DNA of 58,336 nt, counting the filler, from Sphacelaria rigidula (Eukaryota): the NCBI GenBank assembly GCA_964200075.2. It is 10 parts of 10 records of this genome, joined end to end, with 100 filler letters (N's around TTAATTAATTAA, not from the genome) between each part and the next. Parts side by side here need not be neighbours in the genome. Positions count along the whole stretch, not along the records: positions 1 to 5,744 come from CAXNAA020024798.1; positions 5,845 to 11,588 come from CAXNAA020024799.1; positions 11,689 to 17,432 come from CAXNAA020024800.1; 7 more parts are not named here. One strand, written 5' to 3'. The translations under genes were made by a program, and so were the position numbers. Shown here in pieces: positions 1 through 12,817 of the stretch. Every line of letters starts with the position of its first letter. Position 1 is the stretch's first letter. The notes beneath the pieces were generated by a model. That model did no database searches. It had not been told where the DNA came from and saw only the letters and a list, made by a program, of their open reading frames with translations.

Positions 1-68
1 GGGAAAGCACTGTTTTAGGCTTGAACCTCATCTCGGAGTTAAACCTCAATTCGCACAATTTGTTGTTA
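1..68. repeat. Interspersed repeat end, also at 11521-11588 in inverted orientation
   Basis: 2-68 is the near-perfect reverse complement of about 11522-11588. A looser copy lies at about 5495-5543. Confidence 0.8.
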
Positions 69-364
69 TATATTTTTGTTGCAAGAGAATATCGTCATTT
101 CCGTGTGCTAGCACATACGACGTGCAACAGACGTTGAGAGACGATGAGCCCCAGCGCGAAAATTGATTCATCTGTTCAGCTTGCCTGCATCACTACGCTA
201 AGACTTGGTATTATCACAAGCACCGTTGTGAACCTGTCGAATGAGACGCGGTCTTGTCACGACATCGAGCAAGGAGGACACGTTGGCGTGTGTGTCACGC
301 ACAGCCGTCCAAACCTAAAGAGCAATTATCACCACCATGAGTGACTTTCACGATGTGTCCATAC

Positions 365-1582
365 CTTGATAGATTCGGCGAAACCGATGATGTTTGGATG
401 CTGCAGGTTTTTTATTATAGTGACCTCATCCGGTTCCTTTTCGTAGATTTGGCCACAGCGTGGCAGGAGGAACGTGTTCGCACCAAGAGACAACAAAAAA
501 GGAGGGACCAGCCTAATGTTGTCAAAAACAAGTGTGTCTCTTGGTCTCCGAGCTAAGTATGTGCAACAGCCGGAACATTCGCTTCCAGCTAGTACACAGC
601 GCCGAGTGATGTCGGCTATGTACTGGGAATGTACGTCGGCGGCGATGGGCACATACGTTCAGCCGTGGTGTCAGCAGAAAAGTCATAACCCCGGGGCGTA
701 CATCTTTTGAGGTGGTCGCCTGTCTAAGCCGCAAACCTTACTGGGCTTGTTTTGTCGCTTGTGGGTGGCGCCTGGACGGACTAACACGAACGTTTAACAC
801 TTACTTCACATGCCCCGCATACCTCAGCACCTCCGAAGTCCATTATTTTGATAGCCACAATCACTCCAGACTCCCGGTGCGTGGCTTTCTTCACCTGTTC
901 AGTTGTTACATACAGGGGCACCAAACGGGGGTTAAGAGGACAAATTATCGTGGAAGCGATGTGTTCAAGGTACGATCCTACGATGATCTTTGCAGAGCGT
1001 ATCCTAATATTGGGCTTTTTTTTCTTGACACATTCCGAACCGCTCCCCTCCCTCAGGACGAGTCCGTGGTCTCAAAGGATCAACACATCTCTCCCCGGTG
1101 AACCCCGCGCAGTTTGGTATCAAATGATCGGGTTAGCACACCCGCGCCGCGTCAACTATCGTCAAACAAAACTATCCGACTGCTTTTTGCTTACTTCACG
1201 TAGTCACGCTTTCGAAGGTGGAAACCACATACTTCGAACGAAAACTCAACGCATTGTGAGTCGCGCTTACGCTCCCTCTTCCCTAATGGTGACAGTCGGA
1301 CCATCAGAACACCGGGGTGCATTTGTGTATGTATATTTCTCTATATACATGTACCTGAATGTTTACATCTCAGCAGCTCGGCACAGGTATAGCCACCGAA
1401 CTTGTTCAGTTTTGCTTCACGAGTCACAATCTAGATGCCATATCCTACGTGGCAGTGAGCCTGGAAGCTGTTGCAAAACTCACAATTCCAGAAGTGCCCT
1501 TTCCCATGGTCATATCTTCGATGGCGTATGACCCCAAGCTCCCAGTCATTCTCGGCCGCAAGATCCGGAGGTCGGTACAAAC
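365..1582 (-). CDS. Ser/Thr protein kinase, N-lobe exons (partial gene)
   Basis: Phase-0 GT-AG exons 1582(or ATG 1549)-1484, 894-823 and 436-365 splice to ...MTGSLGSYAIEDMTMGKGTSGI|VKKATHRESGVIVAIKIMDFGGAE|EPDEVTIIKNLQHPNIIGFAESIK. This gives the Gly-loop GxGxxG, VAIK, the alphaC Glu and HPNII. Downstream exons were not found in the contig. Confidence 0.85.
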
Positions 1583-3699
1583 CTATGTGTCGGACCGAGA
1601 ACGGTACGTACTGTGTCATCTGTCGTCCAAACCACGTTGTGAATCTTGCACTCTTGTCGAAACGAGGACGATTTTGTCGACACTGACGCTGATAATGCCG
1701 ACCGAAAATCGTTCCCCCCATCTTCGACCGAAACAACTCTTGAGAATACGGTGAAGAATCACGCTTCCTCGACTCCCGTACATACCCGTGACCGCTGGTG
1801 CACTTACTGTGGCATGGACAAAACGCCCGAGACGCAACACCCCTAATATGGCATGCCGTGCTATCAAGAAGGCAGCCCACACAGTACGTCACGGGCGAGA
1901 ATCTACACACCTCAAGCATGCTTGGAGACGACGTCTCGCAGCCTCCGGCCGTGTTTCCCGCTCCGCCATAATCGCGGTCCGGTAGAACTTCCGCAATTGG
2001 ATCCTTGCTCGTTCGCGGAGGCACAGCAATACGATTCTCCGGCGCCTGCACTATCTTTCTACCCTGTGCCGATCAATAAGCCGTAGGGTTCGGTTGGTCG
2101 TCTTGGGTCCTCTAGAACATGATCTGTAAAGGTAGGCACAGTACTAGCAACTACTCATGCACTGATATCGCCCGTTAGGACCACTATGTTACAACCTACT
2201 CACAGGCACCTCTCTGGGAAAGAAGCGCATATCACCGCGGTGATGTGTTTGGGCGGCGAGCGAATAGGCGCGGCAGCTACATGTAATCGATTTCGGCACG
2301 GGAAATGGGAAGAAATAGCCTTGGACTACTAATGTGACTCCGTCGTTAATACACAATTTCCTTGAACGGCTAGTTCCATCGCTTCTGCAGACGTACGCAC
2401 ATCTTTCTCCCCGTTGCCTTTACTTAAAGCGGCGACCGTTTTCGTTCCACCCACGTCGGTGGCAACCTCCAAACGATCCACCACCTTTCCGACTACGGCT
2501 CTCCTGATCACGCACGTGCACAGAGCAGCCATGGAAACGAATTACCTTAGTTCAACCAATGGAGCAATGCTACGGTGGGCGTACACTTTTTTCGCGAAAT
2601 ATTGTCTAGTTCAGGGGCTCCTAACGATTCCAGATGCAGAATAATATGGGTCAGGGAATCCCCGTCTGCAAATTCATTTGGGATATCCCCAGCTCATTGG
2701 AGTAGTAATCCTGGCGTACCTTTGCATGTTTTCATAAGTGGTGTTTTGGATGAGATCAAGGGCTCCTCACAATTCTAACTTGAGAAAATATTTGTGCACC
2801 CCTACCGTAGCATCACTCAATGAATGTAACTGTCGTGTGCGATGACAGCTGTAGCACTCGGAATCGTGCTCGTGCGTTACAAGGCACGAACGGTGTTACA
2901 CTGGTGTCCGCGGAATGCCGCAAACTCGCCCACGTTAACCATCTGGGCTGGTTCACTCACGCTTGTCTGCGGTTACTTGAATCGCATTTCTGGGCAGCCT
3001 CATCCTCGGTGCCCCTTCCCAACCTTGGCTCATCCGCAGACCTGAAAATACAGCCAGAACGCACAAGCCGAGGATTGCGAGGAATGGCGACTGGCGGGGG
3101 TCACGAACGTCAACATGTGTCGTTCGTGAACACCTATCTGTCGTACCAAGCGAATACCCCCACTGACTACATCGACTATTCAAAGTGTAAAGCAAATCGG
3201 GAGCGGTTTTAGCATGAGGGCCGGCTAACTCGAAGCTTCTACGACACGTGACGCTATCTACCCAGCTACCGTACCAGGTGCAGAATGTGGTACTAGTTCG
3301 CCATGTGTTGTGTTTGTTGCCACCGTAACGCGGCACTATCGACATCCACTGTTTGCAACACCGCCTTGGTCTCCTCCACATCCGCCGTGCGTACATCGAT
3401 GGAATCGCGGCTGACGAAGTCCTACACGTTACGCCTCCGGAGGCGGCTGGCCAATATCGACTCGCGCGAGTCCCGTCATGAGGGAGGCCGTGGCGTACGA
3501 CCTCACGCACGCTCATAAGGGACGCCCGCGATCAGATGTGGGTGGAATGGTGTGATCAAAGGTGACCTGACAGAGTTCCTACGCCTGATTATCAGTTCAC
3601 GAGATGCTCCCCCCCGTTTATAGCGTGATGATCAGTGTACACCATCCGAGCCTCGTTGCGTCAGATGTCAATTAATGTGTGTTGTGTGCGGAAATGGGG

Positions 3700-3990
3700 C
3701 TGAGTACCGTGCATGTTTACGTGTATTTGTTTCCTTTTTGCTTTTCCTCTGGTTCCCGTTTGTTTTGTTTTTCGTTTTCATCTCCGTCGTCGTTTACGTG
3801 TTTATTTTCACTCTTGCTTTCGTTTACGTTCGTGCTCTCGTTCTTGTGCCTACCTTCGTTCATGTTCTTGTTTTTATTGCTTTCATTCCTTATTCTGTTT
3901 CTATTTTTAATGGTCTTCTTGTTGTGCTCCTCTTTTCCCAGATAACTATGTTTGGTCTCCCTATCCATCACCGTTTCTCCCTATATCGAG
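3700..3990. repeat. Pyrimidine-rich low-complexity tract
   Basis: Degenerate short T/C-rich units; produces overlapping F/V/L-rich spurious ORFs. Confidence 0.6.
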
Positions 3991-5744
3991 CTTTCTTTAG
4001 CGGGTGCTTCCGCTTTCAGTCCCCTTGAGTCCGTCTACACTATGACCACTGCTGTATACCTGAGGCATCAGTTAGTATGTACGATCATTGGTAAAAAAAT
4101 GAACAAATGAATGAATGGCTAAACGAATATACCGGTACGCCGTGTACTATCCGATACTCCCGAGAATGCGTATGCTTGTACTGGTGCAATACAATATCGT
4201 TCACTGCTTGAAATAACCGCGAGATACCTCGCGAATGTGATTGTGGCAGAACTGGTGTGAAATGAATAATTATTTTTCAACAAGGTGCCAAAACATGATC
4301 TAGAATTATTCCCCGTGCCTGCAAGAGCTCTCCGAGCCCTCGGGGTCCAGCGATAGCCTTGCGGCAGCAAATGAAACGTCGCGCCTGGTCATCACCTCGT
4401 CTTTAACCTTCACCCGTAGTCTCCTATTGAATTTACGATACAAACGTTCGGTACAGCGCAGGAGGGTGGCGGGAACCGCAAAACGTTCGCGAGGGATCCC
4501 TGAGCCACAGTGCACGTATCGCTGCCCTGGCTAGCATGACCGAGGTGCGAATGCAACCAGTGTCAAAATGCGAGCAAAGGATGGACGACACACCGAAACT
4601 TCAAGGCATATCATCTTGGCGAATAAGGCCAGATCTAACAAACGTCACGACCATACACTGCAATGACACCCCCGTTCTCATCTACAATCGAAGTGCGTCC
4701 TCCAACATGGGGAAGAAACAACACACACTAGATTCACCGGGCGTAGTCGAGTGACCGTATCGTAGTTGCCAAATGGCACATGGTGGTGTTTTTTTTACAT
4801 ATCTCCCCTATCGAAAACACTCCATCGCACGATTCGACGCCTACATCTTCGTGTACTCACGCTTCGACTAGACTGCTGCCACCCGAGTATGCGCAGCTCT
4901 CATCGGGAACGCGGCACACACATTGTTCGGCACTGCTGGGGTTGGCACAACCCAGAACCACAGGCACTCGATTACCGCACCTTGTGTTCTGCTGGTTAGG
5001 AAATCTGTAGACGTGTGCGCGTTTAATTGCGGGATCCCGTACACACGATTCACCTCTAGCTTCGCGTTCGCGTATGAAAACAAGTGGTAATCTCATCGCT
5101 TGATCCTGTCGGATTCCAGGGATATGTTGAGATTTTTCGAGGGGTTCGAAAATCGAAAAACAATGTTGTACGGTAGGGCAATAGATTCAATTACTGTAGC
5201 ACTTTGGTATCTCCCAATTTTGGTAGGTTTTTGGTTTGCTGTCAAACCATGTTCTTACGAGCTATTTTTGTGTTGCTTTCCCCCTCGTTCCGTAGCTTTT
5301 CCTCTTTTTCAGCTTACTCTGCTTATTTCCTCAGTCTCCCCCTCTTCTCTCGAGCTCTCTGTATCAAGTGTGTCCGCTTATTTACCTTCGGCACGTCCGT
5401 CCTATGACTACAGCTCCATGTCTCACGGATCAGTCAATTTGCCGCAATGAATCAATGGATCACAAAAACCAATGACAACAGCCTGGATCCGTTTTTGAGG
5501 TTCAACATTGTGACGAGTTTCAACTCGAAAACAGTGCTTTTCCTGACCGAAAGTCATGACCAATGAATTTCATATGGACGACCTCATGCTCCCCGACCTC
5601 ATTGAAACTGTTTTCGGGGGTCGTCCGTCTTCCGTGCCCCCGAAGTGCATATGCGAAAGCATCAAATTCGGGCTAGAAGCGTCCCCTTTTTCGCCCCGAT
5701 ATCGAGGCGAAAAGATGCTTTCGCACATACGCTTTGGGGGCACG

Positions 5745-5844
5745 NNNNNNNNNNNNNNNNNNNNNNNNNNNNNNNNNNNNNNNNNNNNTTAATTAATTAA
5801 NNNNNNNNNNNNNNNNNNNNNNNNNNNNNNNNNNNNNNNNNNNN
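5745..5844. other. Artificial contig linker (also 11589-11688, 17433-17532, 23277-23376, 29121-29220, 34965-35064, 40808-40907, 46651-46750, 52494-52593)
   Basis: Identical N44+TTAATTAATTAA+N44 with stops in all six frames. The intervening pieces are six of 5744 bp then four of 5743 bp, i.e. length-sorted contigs. Confidence 0.99.
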
Positions 5845-5917
5845 CGGCTTTGTAGGGATGCAAAGTCAATGGTCTGATGACTATGGCATACATGATCATG
5901 AGTACACCCCACCCCCC
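5845..5917 (+). mobile_element. LINE 3' end, subfamily B, with C-rich tail
   Basis: CGGCTTTGTAGGGATGC..GTCAATGGTC..ATGACTATGGCATAC..GATCATGAGTACACCCC matches 17311-17388, 29221-29250 and 40632-40708. Confidence 0.75.
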
Positions 5918-5999
5918 GGAATAGGGGCGAAATGCCGCATTTTTCGGACCGACTGATTGTTTTTCGGAAACGGTCAAGGGCTCGTTTAAACGTAACGAA

Positions 6000-6844
6000 C
6001 TCGACTTATGGCACCGACGAAGTGAGTATGGCGTGGCGTGAGGGGCTTACGATGGACGTCTTGATTGATGATTGTGATTTGATACTCGCATACTGTATTG
6101 CCTGATCCGCTGAGAATCCGCCTGTGTTCACAAGGTGGGCGGACCATAGGGGGAGGTGTCTTGAGAAGAATAAATAGGACGCTGAACTCGCCCCGATGCC
6201 TCGCTGAAAGGCCATCAAATGATATGTGATGTTCATCTATCCCGCTACAACACTGCACCGAACGTCTGTTCAAAAGACGGGTCCATACGCTTGAAGGAAT
6301 CCGCTATCGTATCCGTTTTCCCCTTTGTGCCAAAAACATACAATCAACGCGTTACATGCAGGCATACAATATCGCGGCGGATCGTGATACGGTGTCTACC
6401 AGCCTAGATTTAGTCACTCCAGCCACGGCCAGCGATGACAACGACGCTGCCGTCGCCGCCCCGGCTGTTGAACTACACCGCCAAGATGTGTGCCCCGCAC
6501 GGGACTCAAAGTGGTACGTGGTCCACTCAATCGCCTTGTACTTTACGGGTGAGCGGGATGACAAAACTCTCCTCTCTGAATCCGATCGCGAACCTTCAAC
6601 CTTGTCCCAACCGCCGTCGGCGGAGGACGAGGTAGAGACAGGCACTTCGTCTCAGCCGCCCTTGGCAGAGGGGGGCGTGGAAGTCGTCGGCTCATCTCAG
6701 CCGCTGTCGGGGGAGGAGGGGAAGGGGTCAGCACCCTTATCCCGACCCACTTCCCTACCACTGCCGGGGGAGGGTGAGGCTCTGTCCGGAGGAGGTGGGC
6801 ACGAGGTGAGACGTGCACATGGTGTGACGAATGAAAATGGGTAG
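6000..6844 (+). mobile_element. Possible decayed Copia-like remnant
   Basis: DLWHRR at about 6003 resembles the GAG-pre-integrase WHxRLGH motif. 6590-6760 encodes repeated SSQPPxxEx units, like an INT-RT linker. Weak support. Confidence 0.3.
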
Positions 6845-8846
6845 ACATCCCCCTATTTTATGTGGGGCGAGCCCTTGTATTCCAAAGTGTATCAGACGAC
6901 AGGAAAATATTGGATTTCGATCAATTCCTCGTCGAGAACGAGACCTAGCGGTTGCTAGACTCTCGCAAAGATCGTATCTGAGCGTCATGATCTGACCAGG
7001 CTCAGAAAAAGTATTGGTATGTAGGCAGGGTTGCCTCGCATTGCATAAGAAACACACTTTTATGGTAACCGGGCGGTGCGAATGCTACAGCATGCTCAGG
7101 AGAGAGCCTCTATCTCGCATTCCAGTGTGCGATTGCCCCGCCCTCCACCTCAACAACCCCCCGACCAGTGCTGTCGAAAGACTCGAGGGCTGTTGCACAA
7201 CACATTTGACGAATGCTCTCTGAACAAAGTATTCCAATCTCGTCTGTGTTCGTCATCTGCAGCAAATACTGGTACACGGCGGGGGGACCCCACGTGTATC
7301 ACCGACGCACGATGACCTTTCATTCCTCGGACCAGTCGGGGTCAGCTGCATATGGGTCGATGCCGCGTGGTTGCCAATGAAGGCTACGTATGGTGACGAC
7401 GTGTCACGGCAGGGGCTCCAGAAGGTGTGTCGTCGACGCGAAGATTGCGCACCGTCAGCCTACAGCAGTATAAATCCACATGGTATTTTTTCTTTTCTCG
7501 GAGCACAGCTCGACAGAAAATGAGGCCGGACGCCACGAGAATCTGCTGCCAAACAAATTGAAACACCAGGATCACATAAATCCAGAAGCGCCGCGTGCCA
7601 GCCCATCCCGATCGAGTTCATGAGACAAAAAACAAAAAATCATATTCGCCGCTCCCCATATACCAACGCCCGTGCGGCTGATCCTTCTTGTTTTGCCTTC
7701 TCAGGCCAGCCGTCCGCAGTCATTCCCTTGTGAGTCGACAACGACTACGTTTTGTATCTCCGTTTATGGAGACGGGGGATTCCATGTAGTTTCGCCCTCT
7801 GGGACGACAGCGCACTTGACCGCATCACTCACGACGAGAGAGCACTTGCCCCCGGATGACTGCAACATCATGATGGGCGCCTGTCATACCGCCGAGCCCG
7901 GCACGTCACGGGAACTGGCAGCAGCTACCTCATCTAACTGGGGCACGATCCTCGTTCCGGCTCTCCTCGCCGGCGAAGGCGGAGTGCAGATCACCACACC
8001 GTGCGGTACGGAGAGTGTCCTTGTGGACAGTGTTCAAGCCGGAGATGATGAAATGACAAACGACGGTACCTGCTGCTTCTCCTCGCATTGTTACGTGCTG
8101 AACAAGGGTGCTTTAATGGTGATTACGGCGAGTGTGTTGATCCTGTGGTCGATAAGCGGTGCTGTGATTTTTCTTTTTTGTTTACTGAGGTGGACCGGTG
8201 TGATGTCCTTCGATGATTCGTCCACAATCATGGGGCGTGCGTTGGTTTTGAATGCGGTTACGTGTGGTTTTGTATTGCTATCGGAACGTTACTGTGTGCC
8301 ATCCTTCTCTTAGAACATGATCACAGAATCAACCGTGTTCGTCTCAGAACGCTGCATATTGCACGTATCTTCAACACGCGGTCTGTAGCCAAATGATACC
8401 AAGCCATAGGTTTCAGTGTAATCGCATGCATGATTGGAGCAGTGGCAGGGGACAGGGGATCCTGGATTGATGACCCTTATTTGTTTGGCCCCTTGCTGCT
8501 GGCTTATGATGTGGTTGGTCTGTTGAGGATCTCTCCGTGATGATGACAAGTGAGAAGAAAGGGCTTGTTGAGCACAAGGCCAGTGCTACTGGAGGAGTCC
8601 ATCGTGGATAATCCTCTTGTTCAGATCGTCTGGCAGAGGATATAATATCTAGATATTCTTCCGGCACTCTGTTAGAGGAGTCTTGGCTGAGGAGAAAAGT
8701 TGGGCAGCAGCTTATGGAGCCAGTTCAGCCCGCAGAAAGGAGGAGACCAGCTTGAAGCGCACAGCAGGGGGGGACGCTCCGTGAACTGGAAGACGCACAC
8801 AAGTCAGGCAAGAGTCTCTTCGTGAAGTGTTTGAAGCATAGATGAC

Positions 8847-11520
8847 ATGGCTCGAGGGGCGGCAGCGCCGCTGATGTTAGGTGAACCACTCCAGCCGCCA
8901 AAGTATGGTGAAATATGGAACGAGCAGGCACCCCGCGTGTTTTTCGCAAGATACCTTGAATATATACAGCGTCTGAGTCTCGCTAATGGACAAGGAATTA
9001 TACGGCATGAGAGAGTGAGCATAGGTCATCGTATCCCTACATACATTCACCGCTGCTTCGAGGACAAATACAAGGACGGTCGGGCTATGACCCCCGATGA
9101 ATTGCTTGATGCTGTGAAGCAGCATGCCGGATATACTACAAACAGTGAAAAGCATGACGCTATGCGGGCTGCAGCAGACCTGCGTAGGGCACTTACGATG
9201 AAGCAAAGCGATGGAAAGTTCGTGAAGGATCGTGCTATGATGGTTAGTTCAGACTTGGAACGGTTTTTTGCTGAAAATCTGATGGTGCAAGCAATGCACC
9301 GTGCGGAAGACAGGAGTTGGTTGCCTGGCCCGGCCGAGTCGGTTTCCGTTGCTTTGGTGGATGGGATTTGGCCCCCGGAATTCAAGGCGTATGTTAGAAG
9401 TGTACCAACGTATGTTGACGGCTGGGAAAAAAGACCCGACGGTGGTGTTCAAAACATATTTGAGGCGGCCAACCAGTGGAAGTTCATTGAAGAACATGGA
9501 CGCGCGACTCTGCAACAAGTACAGGTGATATGCGCCGCAAACAGCAGCAGCAACAGAAACAGCACCCGTCTTCGCGAGAGTCGTCCCCTCGCGTGTGTTA
9601 CAACTACGGCGACACCAAACATATGATCAAGGACTACCTCACGCCTCGCGCTCAAGGGGCGGCACAGGGCAATGCACGAGATTTATCAGGATCTCGGAGC
9701 GGTCGTCACGGTGGACGGGGCCATGTCAATCAGGGACGCGGGCGCGGCGGCAGCGGTAGCAAGCAATCGGCGGTGGATGGTGGTACCTCCGCTGCTGTTT
9801 CTTCCTCTACGTCATCAGATAGTGGCTCTGGATGTTATGGTTCGTCCGTAGCGGGGAGGACATTGTACGTGTGAAATTCTAATACTTCGATGGGGAGTGC
9901 TGGAGCGAACAGCTCGCAATCCATCAGCTAGGCAGGATCTGTGTCTGGTGCATTCCCTACGGCTGCGACGGCTGTAACAGCGCCGTCTGCATATTCGGCG
10001 ACGTGGTCTGGTTGGACCGACGATTCGCAGCTATCGGTGCCAAGTTCTGGAGGGCAGCTCTGCTGTCAGGTGACTCTTGGGACAGAAAAGGGTTCTTCGG
10101 CAGGCGGTACCTGTCGATCGCAAGGCTGAATGCTTACGCGCAGATTTAGCCTTGCCTGGTTCTGTAGGTTCGTTCATGGCCCGCGTTATTCTGGATTCTG
10201 GGTCCGCTCTCACGTCGATCGGTGTGGGGTTGCTAGATCAGATACCTTCGCAGTTTGGCGGCGCTCGGCTTCAGATTCCCTTCGAAAACGGACCGCAAAC
10301 GGCGCAGACCGCCACGGGTGCTCCCGTGACGGTTACACACAAAACAGTACCAATTACTGTTAGTGTACGTAGGCCGTGGGGGGCTGTGCAGTTGCAGTCC
10401 ACTACTTTCGCTGTCATGCCCGGTAGGGACGACGTAGTTCTATTTGGGATGACGACAATCTAGGAGCTGGGAATTGATTTATATCCGCTGGTGTTGGAGA
10501 AGTTACGTCCGCTTGCTGTGCCGGTGCAAACCGGCGTGGAAAACCCCAGTTACCTTGCTGCAAGGCGTGTGATCTTATCCATACGGTCATTTCCAGAGCG
10601 TCAATGAGGACGAGGCTCCTGCTGATGAAGCGGTGGAGCGCTCGGTCGATCGGGGGCCGGAAAGATTCATGGACCCAGCAGAGGAGAGAGGTTCAAGAAA
10701 ATGTGCGCTTGAGGATGGTGTGCGGCAGGCCGAGCAGAAGAGCCTGAGCGCCGATGGCGCACATTGTCTGCGCGATATTTTGGCTCGTCGCGTAGATATA
10801 TTTCGTCGTGCGCTGTGTGGTGATCCGCCAGCGCGCATGGAGCCAACGAAGGAGGCTGTGAAGGCCAAGCCTTGCCGCTGCGTTCCGGTGAAGACCGTGT
10901 GGCTTGCTTCATGCATCGCAGTTTTAGGAATATTCAGGCTGTGTGGGCGAGTCCAGCGATGGCGGTGCCGAAGAGGGACACAGTCCGTTTGGTCAGCGAC
11001 TATCAGGCGGCGAGCGCGCAAGTGGAACAGTCTCCGGGGGTGATGCCAAGCCAAGAAGACATGCGGGAGTTGCTGGGAGCCCTACAACAATATCGGTATG
11101 TCAGTAAACACATTCCTGGAGAGCGCATTTCTTGGAGAGATTTTTTGTCTCGCTTGGTGAAGGTTCCTACCGTGCCTGTTCGTTCTGTTGCCGTGTACAG
11201 CTCGCATGATGCCGATGATTCGCTGCCCTCGTTAGATGTCATTCGTACCGCGCAGCGCAAAACACGTGCGTTGCGGTCTATTTTGTCGGAAAAGAAGACG
11301 GCCGGTGTCTGAATGGCCTGCTGTTTTGCCAGCCACTCAGTGGGCGTTGAATACTTCTTTTCGTGAACGCTACCGTAACACTCCGTATTGTGTGATGTTT
11401 GGGCGTACGCCGCGTACAGCGTTTTCCGCGCTGGCTTCTGTCACTAGCTGCGAGTGGAACGTCGATGTCATGGGTGCTGATTTGTTGCGTGACAAGGTCC
11501 GAGGCGTGGTTGACGAGCAA
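8847..11520 (+). mobile_element. Ty3/Gypsy LTR retrotransposon, internally deleted and frameshifted
   Basis: gag-like ORF 8847-9626; decayed knuckle CYNYGDTKHMIKDY (~9595); protease ILDSGS (10077-10463); RT remnant RLVSDYQA..EQSPGVMP; RNaseH remnant KHIPGERISWRDFLSR; integrase remnant WPAVLPATQWALNTSFRER..TPYCVMFGRTP. PR-RT-RH-INT order is Gypsy. A candidate 5' LTR at 8089-8548 (TGTTA..TGACA) is unconfirmed. Confidence 0.9.
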
Positions 11521-11791
11521 GTAACAACAAATTGTGAGAATTGAGGTTTAACTTCGAGATGAGGCTCAAGCCTAAAACAGTGCTTTCCNNNNNNNNNNNN
11601 NNNNNNNNNNNNNNNNNNNNNNNNNNNNNNNNTTAATTAATTAANNNNNNNNNNNNNNNNNNNNNNNNNNNNNNNNNNNNNNNNNNNNCTATTGCAATAG
11701 GCGCAATAGTCGATACTGTACGCAGTACAATTTTTGACTGTGTATTCTATTGTCCAGGGTGTGCAAACATGGCACTTTGGTAGGCATTGGT

Positions 11792-12040
11792 GAGTCAAGC
11801 CGCGGCAGCCCCCCCGGCAACGTGGCTGGTTTGAGAATGCAAAATCTACATGCAAATCAAAGTGACCAGAGCCGAGTATACCGAGCAGCTGGGAACTCCT
11901 ACCCTTGGGATCGTTTTCACCAATGTCGCCCACATGAGGCGCTTTATTCTGCCTGAAACCAGCTATCATGCGCTGTATGGCCATTTTCTTCGTGACAGTT
12001 TTGGGTCCTGCTTAGGGGGGGAGCTATCGCGGCGTTACTC
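11792..12040. mobile_element. Sola2-like MITE (249 bp)
   Basis: GAG...CTC termini, imperfect ~24-bp TIR ending in a C7 run, 4-bp flanks TGGT/CGGT. Homologous to 15292-15542. Confidence 0.7.
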
Positions 12041-12660
12041 CGGTGCTCCAAATGTAAGAATGTATTGCTGAAAATATTTCATTCATTCTCCATTATTTTA
12101 CCGGCTTCTAGGCGTCCAGGCATGAAGACGCCCGGAACCCGGTACAGAATGCCTCAAATCAAAACAAAACAAAAAGAGCTGCGCGCGCCCCGGGGTGATC
12201 CAAGGATCATTTGTGCGCAGTTTCGTCTCGAACATCGATATACTGATGCAAGGGGGTCGGATTCATGTCAATGTACCCGAAAAATGATGTTTCTATACTA
12301 TCAATATATAAACTAGGTAGCAGGTTGTACCGGGCACGGTGTACTTCGGCGGACTCATCCGTAGAACCTCATACCGGGTTTTGGAGCCAGACTCTGAAAC
12401 CTTAAATACGTGTACTATGGGTTGCTGCGAAAAAGTTATTGGCGTTTTTTCTTCTTCCGCCGGTAATCGGGAGTCCCAGAAGGGCATCTGATCCCTCCAA
12501 ATCCCCCAAAACCTTGCGACCCCTGATAACCGGAGAAAAAAGCACGAATAAAAAGCCTCCCTCCAAATACGTTTTGCGATGACCCGAATGCACGGGCGTG
12601 AATTTTCAGAGTCTAACTCCAGAAAATGACGTGAGGTTTTCCGGGGTAATATGCATGGGG
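12041..12660. repeat. Interspersed repeat family with palindromic core (also ~33300-33800 and 36845-37215)
   Basis: Shared motifs GGTGCTCCAAA and (T)ATCGGG.GTCCCAG...GACCCC.GATAACCGG across three contigs. Confidence 0.55.
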
Positions 12661-12817
12661 TGATAACTATGAACCAGCCTTTGAACCTTATCATTTCAAG
12701 CAGTCCATCGAATGCAAATGTCTAGATACTGTCAGTGCCCAGTTGCGACATATTAGCGAGGCGAGTTGTTGTATTTGATTTTCCCTCGTCCTCCTCGGCA
12801 ATGGTCTTGCGCAACAG

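Noticed and set aside
3675..4028. Hydrophobic membrane-protein-like ORFs
   Set aside because: A low-complexity T-rich tract open in several frames.
7672..8313. 213-aa ORF upstream of the Gypsy element
   Set aside because: No recognisable family, and the 3' part overlaps the candidate LTR. A host exon at about 7705-8065 is possible but unsupported.
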